From a virus (taxonomy: Duplodnaviria > Caudoviricetes), in the IMG/VR virus record IMGVR_UViG_3300025288_000077, positions 1-29,829 of that record: a stretch of 29,829 nt of DNA. One strand, given 5' to 3'. Numbering within the stretch: position 1 is the stretch's first letter; each line of letters opens with the position of its first letter. Shown here piece after piece: positions 18,353-26,986 of this stretch. A program made the translations under genes and the position numbers. The notes beneath the pieces are model-generated. The model worked only from the letters and a program-made list of their open reading frames with translations. It made no database searches and was not told where the DNA came from.

Positions 18353-18978
18353 TTTGATTTCAACCTAAATTCCCGTAAAAATTCATCCCGCATGAACACA
18401 CCAAGCTGCGGTTGAATGTCCTTTCGGACGCTAGTGAACAGCTGGTTAATGCTTCTTGATGATAAAGGTGTCATCCCGTTGGGCTTAACTCTGGCTTTTG
18501 CCGCCAATTTAAAAAGTTTGTTGGTTTTAGGTACAGTAACTCCCGCGCCTTTACTTAAATTCGCTTTAAATATTGAAACGGCCTCCCGATTTGTTACCCC
18601 TAACGTAAGATTGCCACTACCAAGTAGCCTCATCATTTTAGCACCTTTGATGTTACGGAACCCACCTGTACGATTAACTGACACGCTGTAACCGTTTGAG
18701 GTTTTAGTGTGAGGATAACGTGTCAAAAGGGTATTCCGGGTATTTGATGAGACAACCGCTTCTAAATCTTTAAAGCTCGCCCGTTTTACGGATGTTATCT
18801 TACTTTTAATGTAACTGGGTTTTAAGTTAACCTCACTAGTGATTTCTCGGATACTTTCTTTAATTGCAAAGGTAGCAGAACGATTAATCACGTTTGCGGC
18901 AATTGAACCGACCAATTTAGATTTAAACAACATCTCTTTTTTAAGTTTAGGTAAATCTTTTGTTGAAAAAATGGCCAT
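18349..18978 (-). CDS. Minor tail/tail completion protein (lambda gpZ-like)
   Basis: Very basic 209-aa protein; IN.SA......I...VNLK..YIK pattern; synteny. Confidence 0.7.
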   Translation of the reverse strand: MAIFSTKDLPKLKKEMLFKSKLVGSIAANVINRSATFAIKESIREITSEVNLKPSYIKSKITSVKRASFKDLEAVVSSNTRNTLLTRYPHTKTSNGYSVSVNRTGGFRNIKGAKMMRLLGSGNLTLGVTNREAVSIFKANLSKGAGVTVPKTNKLFKLAAKARVKPNGMTPLSSRSINQLFTSVRKDIQPQLGVFMRDEFLREFRLKSK

Positions 18979-19292
18979 TAAAGTTGAACCACATCAACAT
19001 ACCATTTACTAATGGTTTCTTTGGTGATCATATTAATTCGCCACTGTATCCCATCCGGGTCAACAAACGTGTCATCGTTTCTTACTAACGCAACATCAGA
19101 CTTCAGTATGTTGGCTTCAACTCGGTAACCAGCAATCATACCAAAATCATCCTTTACTTCTTTGTTGTGGTTAATGTAAATATAAACGTCAGGTATTACA
19201 CTCCCGTTTATGTTTACAGTATAAACACAAGGGACACCAAGTGTGAGATTAGTCAACCTTGATGCCCTGTTTATTGACTCCTTAAACGCCAA
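18978..19292 (-). CDS. Head-tail joining protein (gpFII-like, putative)
   Basis: 104-aa beta-rich protein between DUF2190 and the gpZ-like gene. Confidence 0.6.
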   Translation of the reverse strand: MAFKESINRASRLTNLTLGVPCVYTVNINGSVIPDVYIYINHNKEVKDDFGMIAGYRVEANILKSDVALVRNDDTFVDPDGIQWRINMITKETISKWYVDVVQL

Positions 19293-19617
19293 TGCCGTTC
19301 AACCTAACGAAACACAAGGTATCACCGTTAACTCTCGCTTCTGTGAACACACCTATAAGCGTGTTGGCTGTAGAAACCGTAGTGATGGCCGTACCATCGG
19401 CCAACAAATAAGCCTTCGCACCCTGAGCAGGAGCATCCGCCGTCACTTTAGGGAGTTCATAAACCCCCTTGGTAGAAGCTTCAAACGGTTGACCAGCCAC
19501 TTCACTAGCGGTAGCTACGGCAATAATGGATGAAATTTTATAAATCATTCCACCCACGACACCACCGGCAGGAGCAATTAAAGTTAATACATCACCATCT
19601 TGAATATAATTTTTCAT
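19282..19617 (-). CDS. DUF2190-family capsid-associated (cement/decoration-like) protein
   Basis: MKNYIQDG.VL...AP.GGV..G, GVYELPK and VRLNG signatures; follows the capsid gene. Confidence 0.88.
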   Translation of the reverse strand: MKNYIQDGDVLTLIAPAGGVVGGMIYKISSIIAVATASEVAGQPFEASTKGVYELPKVTADAPAQGAKAYLLADGTAITTVSTANTLIGVFTEARVNGDTLCFVRLNGIGV

Positions 19618-19635
19618 TTTAAACCCCTTAAATTA

Positions 19636-21636
19636 TTAAGCACCATTTGCTTTAGCCATACCACGATAATCAATTAGTCCAGCACCAAAATCTTTACGGG
19701 CTAGAATTTCCATCCCGTCAATGTCAGCCTGAGTGTTGATCTCAGTGTACATGGCCTCCTCACCCGCCAGATAAGCATACTCGAAGGTATCAACCATGCG
19801 GCTAAACGCCAACCAAGACGCGGCAGATACCGCACCCAAACGGGGTTCAACTCTCGACTGTAATTTATTAAGGAAGGGGTTAGTGTCTGTACTGGTTGTC
19901 GGTGTGAAGTTCAGATATAACAGTTTTTCAGCAGTAGTTTCAAGATCTTCTGGAACCACAAGGTTATCATAGGTGACATTCATGAAATTTCCGTCAACGG
20001 TTTTTTGTTTTCTGCCAAGTTTACGCATGTTTGTTAGACTCGTTTCACTCAACGCCGAACCAGCCCCTGTTAACAGGTTACCGTGATCTGCATGGAATAA
20101 CGCTTTGCCATCAGACATCAGTACGTTAGATGCGGTGTTGGTGAAGAAATTCCAGTTGAGCAACAAACCCCAAACAATGTCACTCTCTAAACGTGATCCC
20201 GCTTGACCGAACATTGTTGGCAAACGATCTAAAGCGCCCATATCATCGTTTATAAGCATTTTACGGGTAAAGCCGATTTTACGGGCGTATGTGGCGATAG
20301 AGTATTTCTCTCCATTCTCACTGAAAGTACCCGCTTTATATTCTCCGTGTTCACCTAAAGGTAATAAATTGGGCGCGTCGCCTAAAGAGTAAGTATTCTT
20401 ATCCCTGAAGTCAGTTACGGTGGTTCTTCGACCTAAATCGACAAACGTCTGTGGTGTTTCAACATAACCCGCTTGTAAATTCTTGTTCATGACATTAGCG
20501 AGAATCAAAGGAAAATCAGAAGTTGTATGAAAGGCTCTTTCAGCCAGCTTCTGGCGACTCATCATATTAACATTCAAACCAGCATCACTTAAGAATTGGC
20601 GAGCTGTTTCCATCAGGGTTAAACCGTTAAATCTACGTACCGAATCGGTGAGTTTAACATCTCTGTTGCCACAACGTAACAATATCGCATTCTCTACCGC
20701 TTCACGTATGTTTTCTTTCTGATCCAAACGGTTGTCTGAATTAAAAATAGGTTTAATGTTCGTTGTTTTTTGATTTTCTGCCATTTTATCAATCACCATT
20801 CCTCTAAACTCGTCCAAACTTCGACCAGTGGTAAAGGCTTCAGTGGCAAAAGATTCATCAAGTCCCACACGCTTTACAATATCAAGCATGGGTTTCAATA
20901 ATTCTCTGGTTTCGTTTTGAACGGATTGAACGTCAATCTTTCTTTCGTTTTGAACGTCAATCTTTCTTTCGTTTTGAACGTCAATCTTTCTTTCGTTTTG
21001 AACGGATTCAGCATCAATCTTCGGTGCTGAACGCTCTTCGTTTTGAACTTCTTCTTTAACTGATGGCATCTCACGACCCTCTATAATTTCAACCTCAAAG
21101 GTTGTTTCATTGTTACGCTGTCCAGCACGAACACCGTTGTTATCCTCAAAGCTAACCGGGACGAAAGATAACTCCGTGGGTTCCCAATCAATCGCTCTAA
21201 GAGTATCTATGTTATCTTTTTCCCCCGAAGTTTTCAAATACTTATATACTCGGTATGAAAGTGACACGTGACGCAATATCCCATCGCGTACCTTACTAAA
21301 CACTATATCACTCTCGTCATCCCTAGAGAACCGTACTGTCCCAATTAAAGAATCATCATGGAACCTATACCCCTCTGTGACACCAAAAACACCAGCGATA
21401 CCCTTGTGGATATCATGACTATCTATTACTGATAACCCTTTGTCAAGTCTTCTGGTTCTTACCGCCTTAGGTGTAACCTCCAATTCTTCGATATAGTCAG
21501 TATCCGTATTCCAGTCATAACGCCTACCCGCTTGTCCAGTGGTGAAAACTACCTCGACCGTTCTGGCTTCTACATCGAGGGTTTCAGGACAAAAGCTCCC
21601 AGCAGAACGGTGAATGGTTATTTGTTTCTTATTCAT
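19636..21636 (-). CDS. Fused HK97-type prohead protease and major capsid protein
   Basis: N-terminal protease motifs IDSH, VSLSY, ELSFV; charged linker; capsid motifs HTTSDFP.IL, V.DFR, GEY, R.MLINDD.GA, LFHADHGNL, DFGAG.IDYRG. Confidence 0.92.
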   Translation of the reverse strand: MNKKQITIHRSAGSFCPETLDVEARTVEVVFTTGQAGRRYDWNTDTDYIEELEVTPKAVRTRRLDKGLSVIDSHDIHKGIAGVFGVTEGYRFHDDSLIGTVRFSRDDESDIVFSKVRDGILRHVSLSYRVYKYLKTSGEKDNIDTLRAIDWEPTELSFVPVSFEDNNGVRAGQRNNETTFEVEIIEGREMPSVKEEVQNEERSAPKIDAESVQNERKIDVQNERKIDVQNERKIDVQSVQNETRELLKPMLDIVKRVGLDESFATEAFTTGRSLDEFRGMVIDKMAENQKTTNIKPIFNSDNRLDQKENIREAVENAILLRCGNRDVKLTDSVRRFNGLTLMETARQFLSDAGLNVNMMSRQKLAERAFHTTSDFPLILANVMNKNLQAGYVETPQTFVDLGRRTTVTDFRDKNTYSLGDAPNLLPLGEHGEYKAGTFSENGEKYSIATYARKIGFTRKMLINDDMGALDRLPTMFGQAGSRLESDIVWGLLLNWNFFTNTASNVLMSDGKALFHADHGNLLTGAGSALSETSLTNMRKLGRKQKTVDGNFMNVTYDNLVVPEDLETTAEKLLYLNFTPTTSTDTNPFLNKLQSRVEPRLGAVSAASWLAFSRMVDTFEYAYLAGEEAMYTEINTQADIDGMEILARKDFGAGLIDYRGMAKANGA
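20926..21004. repeat. 24-bp tandem repeat x3.3 encoding VQNERKID in the protease-capsid linker
   Basis: TTGAACGTCAATCTTTCTTTCGTT at 20926, 20950 and 20974, plus a partial copy. Confidence 0.95.
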
Positions 21637-21998
21637 AAACCTAGCCCCCGCAAGAATAACGCACCAAAAACCACAACTAAAACCCCTGATAATATATATA
21701 ACATGAATTTGAATCGTGAAGAATTAACACCCACCGCCTCGGATAATTTAATGATTAAATGCGTCAGGTTGTCCACATTAATTTCAGTCCGTTTAAATTC
21801 CTCCTTCATTTCTTTAATGACTAAATCTGAATTACTTTGTCGCTCAACCCACTGTACCTGAGTTTTCACCAGTTCCTCGGTTATAGTGGTTAATTTGTCT
21901 AACTTGCTTGAGTTCTGCTCTATGTACAATCTCACTAAGTCGATATAGCTGTCTAATTTGCTTAGAGATTTCAAGCTGTCTTGTACGCTCTCTTTCAT
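21633..21998 (-). CDS. Coiled-coil protein with a single C-terminal TM helix
   Basis: Start more likely ATG 21998 (TAATG coupling to the upstream stop) than 22031; heptad-like helix followed by FMLYILSGVLVVVFGALFL. Confidence 0.7.
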   Translation of the reverse strand: MKESVQDSLKSLSKLDSYIDLVRLYIEQNSSKLDKLTTITEELVKTQVQWVERQSNSDLVIKEMKEEFKRTEINVDNLTHLIIKLSEAVGVNSSRFKFMLYILSGVLVVVFGALFLRGLGL

Positions 21999-22444
21999 TA
22001 TAAATTCCAAGTATGTAGGCTGCCACAACAATTAGTGATCCTGTAATGTATACGATATAACTCATGTTTAGCCGTCCATAATGAATAGGTTGTCAAACCG
22101 ATAATTAAAACTCGGTTAATTGTCTCATAACTATTATAGATCACCGAACTGGCTGTATTATATTCTATATAGCTAAACACATTATACAAGGCTGAAGCTA
22201 AAAATATAAGAGAAGGTACACTGTTGAAACGAAGGGTTAAGGATAAAAAAACAAAAAACACGTCAATTGTCGCGACAAGAAGGTAGTAATATTCGGACAA
22301 AATAAAGGCGTCAGAAAGAGAAATTGTTTGAAAAATAACCAAATTAAGGGTGATTATTTTAAGTCTAGTGTCCTTCCCGTAAAAGAAATATGTTAAAAAA
22401 CATACAGTTATACAAGAAAGATCGAAAACTAAGGCATAAGTCAT
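21998..22444 (-). CDS. Multi-pass (about 5 TM) membrane protein of unknown function
   Basis: 148 aa, strongly hydrophobic and aromatic; abuts both neighbours. Confidence 0.75.
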   Translation of the reverse strand: MTYALVFDLSCITVCFLTYFFYGKDTRLKIITLNLVIFQTISLSDAFILSEYYYLLVATIDVFFVFLSLTLRFNSVPSLIFLASALYNVFSYIEYNTASSVIYNSYETINRVLIIGLTTYSLWTAKHELYRIHYRITNCCGSLHTWNL

Positions 22445-22504
22445 TTAATTAAGTTTAAATGGCGGTTTAACAGGTGGTTTAGGGGGCTGTTTATCAGTAG
22501 GCAT
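22445..22504 (-). CDS. 19-aa proline/lysine-rich peptide MPTDKQPPKPPVKPPFKLN
   Basis: GAGGA RBS 8 nt before ATG 22504; the stop TAA (22447-22445) is followed directly by the ATG of the membrane protein. Confidence 0.6.
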   Translation of the reverse strand: MPTDKQPPKPPVKPPFKLN

Positions 22505-22535
22505 TCATTTAATCCTCATGTTAATTCATATTAAT

Positions 22536-22904
22536 TCATGATTTAAATAAACCGATATAGTAGGGTTCCTGAATCTCGTTACCCAACTCATCGGTATAAA
22601 CGGGTCTAGTATGAACTGAATTATATTTCAGTTCACCACCAACGTCAAATATATAAGTATCATTCACAACTTTACCGATACGTTCAGCCGTTGTCAAAGT
22701 ATCAAACACGGCCAACTGATCATCATTCAGCCTGATTATAGATAATGATTTGTTGCCAAAGTATTTAACTGGTAGTTTATCTACCGCGTAAACAACCTGC
22801 CCATCTTCATCAAGATAGAACCCAACTACACCCTCGTTAGCTTTATTTAACGCCTCTTTCCTAAATTTAATGAGATTAGGCATATAAACGATCAAATCAA
22901 TCAT
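22536..22904 (-). CDS. Hypothetical protein coupled to the fibre gene (possible fibre accessory/chaperone)
   Basis: 122 aa, ATGA overlap with the fibre stop; function inferred from position only. Confidence 0.65.
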   Translation of the reverse strand: MIDLIVYMPNLIKFRKEALNKANEGVVGFYLDEDGQVVYAVDKLPVKYFGNKSLSIIRLNDDQLAVFDTLTTAERIGKVVNDTYIFDVGGELKYNSVHTRPVYTDELGNEIQEPYYIGLFKS

Positions 22905-24688
22905 ATTGAATTTCTCCAGAATTCCACCTCGGAATCCGTTAGCGCAAAATCTTTAAACTCTAAATGACTTATGCTGCCATTTAACCAATTATTCACTCCA
23001 TCAGCGTTACCAACACTAACGTTGTCGTTAGTGTTTATAATTGGTATACCTGTAACAGGGAGTGTTGCAATCTCTCCGTTAACATTGAGTTTCACATTAA
23101 ACCCATCGCACATTGCAGCGATATATAACGGGGTATTCGGTGTAAACGGTATTTGAACCTGCGTAATTATGTTTGCATCAAATCTGAATTGAACAGTGTT
23201 GTTAACACCTAAAAAATATAACATAATAAACCCATTAACTACGGGTAGTTTAAATAAATATCTATCTACGCCGGTGAACCCATCAACCCCAGCACTTAAT
23301 TTAACTAAAGCGGTGAACTCTCCGTTTTTACCCAAAGCAACATTATTGTAAACTGGTAAGGAATAGGTTAACCCTGGAACAGTTACAGTAGCGGCAACGG
23401 TCGGAATGTAGGGTTTAAGATAATCATCATTCAACTGAGCACCCCAGATTTTAAAGTTATCAGTTGTACCATTTGCGTTTGTTAGCGCGTATCTAATCTG
23501 TAAACCCGATGCCGCCGTAATTTCAGCGTCTACAGTAATAAATAAACGCACGTAGTTATTAGCGAGTAGCTCTCGTCCTGAGATTTCAACATTAGCACCG
23601 GATTGTATAATGCTATCTGTGCTAAACGTGTAAGTAATAACTTGCACTATTCCGCTGTTGAACCATGCAGCTGGCGCAAGCAATGTAATCTCATCGAGCG
23701 AACCATCGCTCGCAACGAAAATAGAGAACGTATTTAAACCAATTTTTGGCAAGAGTCCCATAGATAAATAAGAAGGAGAAGCGGCAACGGGAATAAAACT
23801 ATCCGCTGTGATTGTCCCATCTGGCGCTATCGCTGTGTCTGCTGAGATGGTAGCACCAAGGGCTTTAAACCATGATGCATGAGTAAACTCTTCTGAATGG
23901 GTGAATTTGTTTGTGTGCGCCTCATAACTAGGCCAACCGTGAGACCCTTCCAAAGCAGTGTTTATAGCCGCTGTTTTTACATAACCGTATCGGTCGATAA
24001 CCGTATCGGTCGTCGACCTTGTGGTTATAACGCCTGAACCAAGATTATTAGACCTAAACCCACTAAAAAGAGAATTGTTTAATCGTTCATAGCTGACCGA
24101 CCCCATATTAAGTCCATCCACTGATAACCCCCCGGTGATCGACTGAGCTACACCCCCACGGCCAGACAATAAAAGATATTGAGCATGATCATCATCAGTT
24201 AGACCAATTAACCCCCCATGATCAAGGTTAAGCGTGTTAATCGCATCATTTAATGCTTTACCTTGTGCGGCGCTCAAAGGTTTATCAACTACAGTACTGG
24301 TTAAAGCGTCAACCACGTCTGATGGTTGTAACGCGGTTGATACCTTGGCAGAAGCAACATTATCGTAATCATTGGTGGATAAACCTTTACCGGCAACAGT
24401 GTCTACTTTACTAGCGTTAAGCGTGTTAATCGCATCGTTTAATGCTTTACCTTGTGCTGCGCTCAAAGGTTTATCAACTACAGTACTGGTTAAAGCGTCA
24501 ACCACGTCTGATGGTTGTAACGCGGTTGATACCTTGGCAGAAGCAACATTATCGTAATCATTGGTGGATAAACCTTTACCGGCAACAGTGTCTACTTTAC
24601 TAGCGTTAAGCGTGTTAATCGCATCGTTGGTTTTTACCCGCATGTCACCATGCGTACCAATACCATTAAAGAGATCTAAACTTACCAT
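22901..24688 (-). CDS. Fibre/spike-like virion protein with N-terminal repeats and a C-terminal LamG/ConA-like region
   Basis: KVD.V.GKGLSTNDY and V.D.LTST..DKPLSAAQGK.L fibre-type repeats; DDDHAQY; TRST..T.ID..G....AA.N, E..TN....SE.F....W and WGAQL motifs; LamG-like C-terminus. Confidence 0.75.
   Translation of the reverse strand: MVSLDLFNGIGTHGDMRVKTNDAINTLNASKVDTVAGKGLSTNDYDNVASAKVSTALQPSDVVDALTSTVVDKPLSAAQGKALNDAINTLNASKVDTVAGKGLSTNDYDNVASAKVSTALQPSDVVDALTSTVVDKPLSAAQGKALNDAINTLNLDHGGLIGLTDDDHAQYLLLSGRGGVAQSITGGLSVDGLNMGSVSYERLNNSLFSGFRSNNLGSGVITTRSTTDTVIDRYGYVKTAAINTALEGSHGWPSYEAHTNKFTHSEEFTHASWFKALGATISADTAIAPDGTITADSFIPVAASPSYLSMGLLPKIGLNTFSIFVASDGSLDEITLLAPAAWFNSGIVQVITYTFSTDSIIQSGANVEISGRELLANNYVRLFITVDAEITAASGLQIRYALTNANGTTDNFKIWGAQLNDDYLKPYIPTVAATVTVPGLTYSLPVYNNVALGKNGEFTALVKLSAGVDGFTGVDRYLFKLPVVNGFIMLYFLGVNNTVQFRFDANIITQVQIPFTPNTPLYIAAMCDGFNVKLNVNGEIATLPVTGIPIINTNDNVSVGNADGVNNWLNGSISHLEFKDFALTDSEVEFWRNSI
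24227..24628. repeat. 189-bp near-perfect tandem duplication (63 aa) in the fibre gene
   Basis: Period 189 (matching positions 24232/24421/24610); I saw only two synonymous differences. Confidence 0.93.
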
Positions 24689-24692
24689 TTAT

Positions 24693-25247
24693 TTAATCCA
24701 CCCATTGTTCGTTGTCCGCCCATGTAGAGCTGTGTGTTGATTCCACTGTTTTGGTTATATATACGTTTTGCCCACCCAAATCTAACCATTGACCCCAATC
24801 ACCATTCGGTTGTTTAAATCTAATTTTCTTATTCTTAACCTCATGTCTAGGTGGTCTACCGTCTTCAGGTAAGGTTATCTTGTTTAAAACCTTTTTAACA
24901 ATCTCATCAATACTTGGCGCATCTTTACCTCTGATTGGTTCAGGAATGAGTGGTTTAATTAATCCTCTGAGTTCCCAATCTGTCGGTGTTTTGCCATCTT
25001 TACCCGCTATCGGTGCAGGAATAAGAGAACGTATGACCCCTGTTAAATCATCTAACGTGGGTGCATCTCGACCATCTCGACCATCTTTACCCGCTATCGG
25101 TGCAGGAATAAGAGAACGTATGACCCCTGTTAAATCATCTAACGTGGGTGCATCTCGACCATCTCGACCTGCAACCAGCGTTCTACGTCTAGCTAATATA
25201 GCAGTAGCTAATGTGATTAGTTGTAACTTATTCCCTTGACTTATCAT
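24693..25247 (-). CDS. Portal-adjacent protein with short collagen-like GRD/GKD triplets and helical repeats
   Basis: 184 aa; GRDGRDAP and GKDG motifs; overlaps the portal 3' end. Confidence 0.7.
   Translation of the reverse strand: MISQGNKLQLITLATAILARRRTLVAGRDGRDAPTLDDLTGVIRSLIPAPIAGKDGRDGRDAPTLDDLTGVIRSLIPAPIAGKDGKTPTDWELRGLIKPLIPEPIRGKDAPSIDEIVKKVLNKITLPEDGRPPRHEVKNKKIRFKQPNGDWGQWLDLGGQNVYITKTVESTHSSTWADNEQWVD
24994..25169. repeat. 87-bp perfect tandem duplication (29 aa)
   Basis: 24994-25080 is identical to 25081-25167. Confidence 0.95.
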
Positions 25248-26787
25248 TAGCCAATTCTACAGCCAACTGTTCAGCCAGTGTGGTAAAAATATCAGGATCC
25301 TCTGCCTCTCGGCCTTTTTTAGTGGAGGATGGTGAAGGGATGTTATCACTAGCAGCGGTGTTTATGTTTAATTGATTGCCTGTTGATGCAAATACAGCGG
25401 GATCAATATCAAACGGCAACTGCCCAAACATCTGTTTGGCATCTTCCCACTGTGTTAACACTGTTTCAAGATTATGACCCGTTAATTTTTGAACTGCCTC
25501 TTGAGGACTCATGATCGCGTTTCTAACTTTAGTCAAAATGATATCTAAGTCTTCTTGTGGGTTTACACCGTTCCTTGTGGGGAAGATCCAAAAAGGATTG
25601 AACTCACTTTTACCGTATTTAATTTGGTATAAGTCATCAAACCAACGAAACACACGATTCAAGGCAACTTTAAGTAAGATGTTTTGAAAGTAATCCAGTT
25701 CAATGTGAAACTCAGCTCTACCCATTCGACCAGAAGCAAAATTAACCTTGGAATAGTCACCCGTCAACTGTTCATAAGTTACGCCTGAACCAACCGCAAT
25801 ATCTCGTCTTAATGAGGTATCAAACAATGAAGAGTTATCCGCTTTAGGTGGAGTAACCGTATAAGGACTCGTGCCTGCTTTTAATTTAGCAATCATCGCG
25901 GGTTCAATACTATCAGGTAATACGTCAGACACTGACGTCAACCCAGAAGCGTTGGAACTTTCCTCAAAGAACACCGCAAAACAGGCTGCAATCTGTTGTT
26001 GCATCAGTTTCGCGTCAACATAAATGTCATTGTTTTTCAAGGTGGTGGCGTTTGAAGAAAACCAAGTCATCCCTAAATGCTGCCCAGCTCTTTCTTTTCT
26101 AAAAAGATGAACAGCATCTTTTTTATCAACATATTCAGACTTAGGTGTTTGACCCATTAAAGTATTGGTTGAATCTGTCAAAAACCAGTAACCTTTGATT
26201 TGACCGTGTTTATCAAAATGAATACCATCTATAACAGGTTCATCACCTTGAGAGTTTTTACTTGAATCCAGCCTGTTTTGTTCCAAGGTTTGCAATTGTA
26301 AAGGGAAGTCTAAAGCCGGGTTAATCTTACTGACAATGAACACTCCTCCGCTTTCTACAATCGTAGCCGCCCACAACCACTGTAACCCATACAAATTATT
26401 GTGCCCTTCAGCGTCACAATTTGTAGTTTCTGCCCATTTTAACCAGGCTTTATTAAATGAATCTCGTTTTTTCTTGTTTTTTTTCTCTGCACGAACATCT
26501 AAAGTGATACCCGCTCCAACTACGTTGTTAGCCCAAACCTTCTTAATTCTATTAGCTAAAGGGTTATTTCTGCACAATTCCTGAGCAGAGGCCGCTGATA
26601 ACTTATAAGCACCACTGACTTCTTGTGCAGCACTACTGGTTGGTCTAAACCAACTTTTATTTCTTCGTCCTTGACTGGCAACATCGTATTTACGTGAGAC
26701 TAACTCTTGCGTAATTCTAGCTTGCGTTCTCTTTAAACCCGCTGAAGGGTTGAAAAAGTTGACAATGTTATCTATGGGGTTAGCCAT
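25228..26787 (-). CDS. Portal protein, lambda family
   Basis: L.RNNP.A......NNVVG.GI, GI.FD..G....YW, H.F..ER.GQ..G...F, G.TYEQLTGDYS.VNFASGR. Confidence 0.95.
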   Translation of the reverse strand: MANPIDNIVNFFNPSAGLKRTQARITQELVSRKYDVASQGRRNKSWFRPTSSAAQEVSGAYKLSAASAQELCRNNPLANRIKKVWANNVVGAGITLDVRAEKKNKKKRDSFNKAWLKWAETTNCDAEGHNNLYGLQWLWAATIVESGGVFIVSKINPALDFPLQLQTLEQNRLDSSKNSQGDEPVIDGIHFDKHGQIKGYWFLTDSTNTLMGQTPKSEYVDKKDAVHLFRKERAGQHLGMTWFSSNATTLKNNDIYVDAKLMQQQIAACFAVFFEESSNASGLTSVSDVLPDSIEPAMIAKLKAGTSPYTVTPPKADNSSLFDTSLRRDIAVGSGVTYEQLTGDYSKVNFASGRMGRAEFHIELDYFQNILLKVALNRVFRWFDDLYQIKYGKSEFNPFWIFPTRNGVNPQEDLDIILTKVRNAIMSPQEAVQKLTGHNLETVLTQWEDAKQMFGQLPFDIDPAVFASTGNQLNINTAASDNIPSPSSTKKGREAEDPDIFTTLAEQLAVELANDKSRE

Positions 26788-26982
26788 TTAATAACCTTTA
26801 CCAATGGTGGGGTAGGTTAATGTAACAGGTTTAATACCCGTCAATTCTGCACGCATGTCATTTATCGCTACTCGCATGTCTTTCATCGATTGATACTCTA
26901 CCCAAGTATCACCTTCTCTTATCTTTAAGACTCCTTGAGAATAAGCTGACTCTAACTCGTCCAATTGTAATTGTGTAGCCAT
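26788..26982 (-). CDS. Head completion protein (lambda gpW-like)
   Basis: 64 aa; QLD.LE.A...G...I...D..VEY.S..DM; located between terminase and portal. Confidence 0.85.
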   Translation of the reverse strand: MATQLQLDELESAYSQGVLKIREGDTWVEYQSMKDMRVAINDMRAELTGIKPVTLTYPTIGKGY

Positions 26983-26986
26983 TCAA

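Noticed and set aside
21844-22065. 73-aa minus-strand ORF with an N-terminal hydrophobic segment overlapping the 148-aa and 121-aa genes
   Set aside because: It lies entirely within two coupled genes in another frame and has no clear RBS; not fully excluded, but unsupported.
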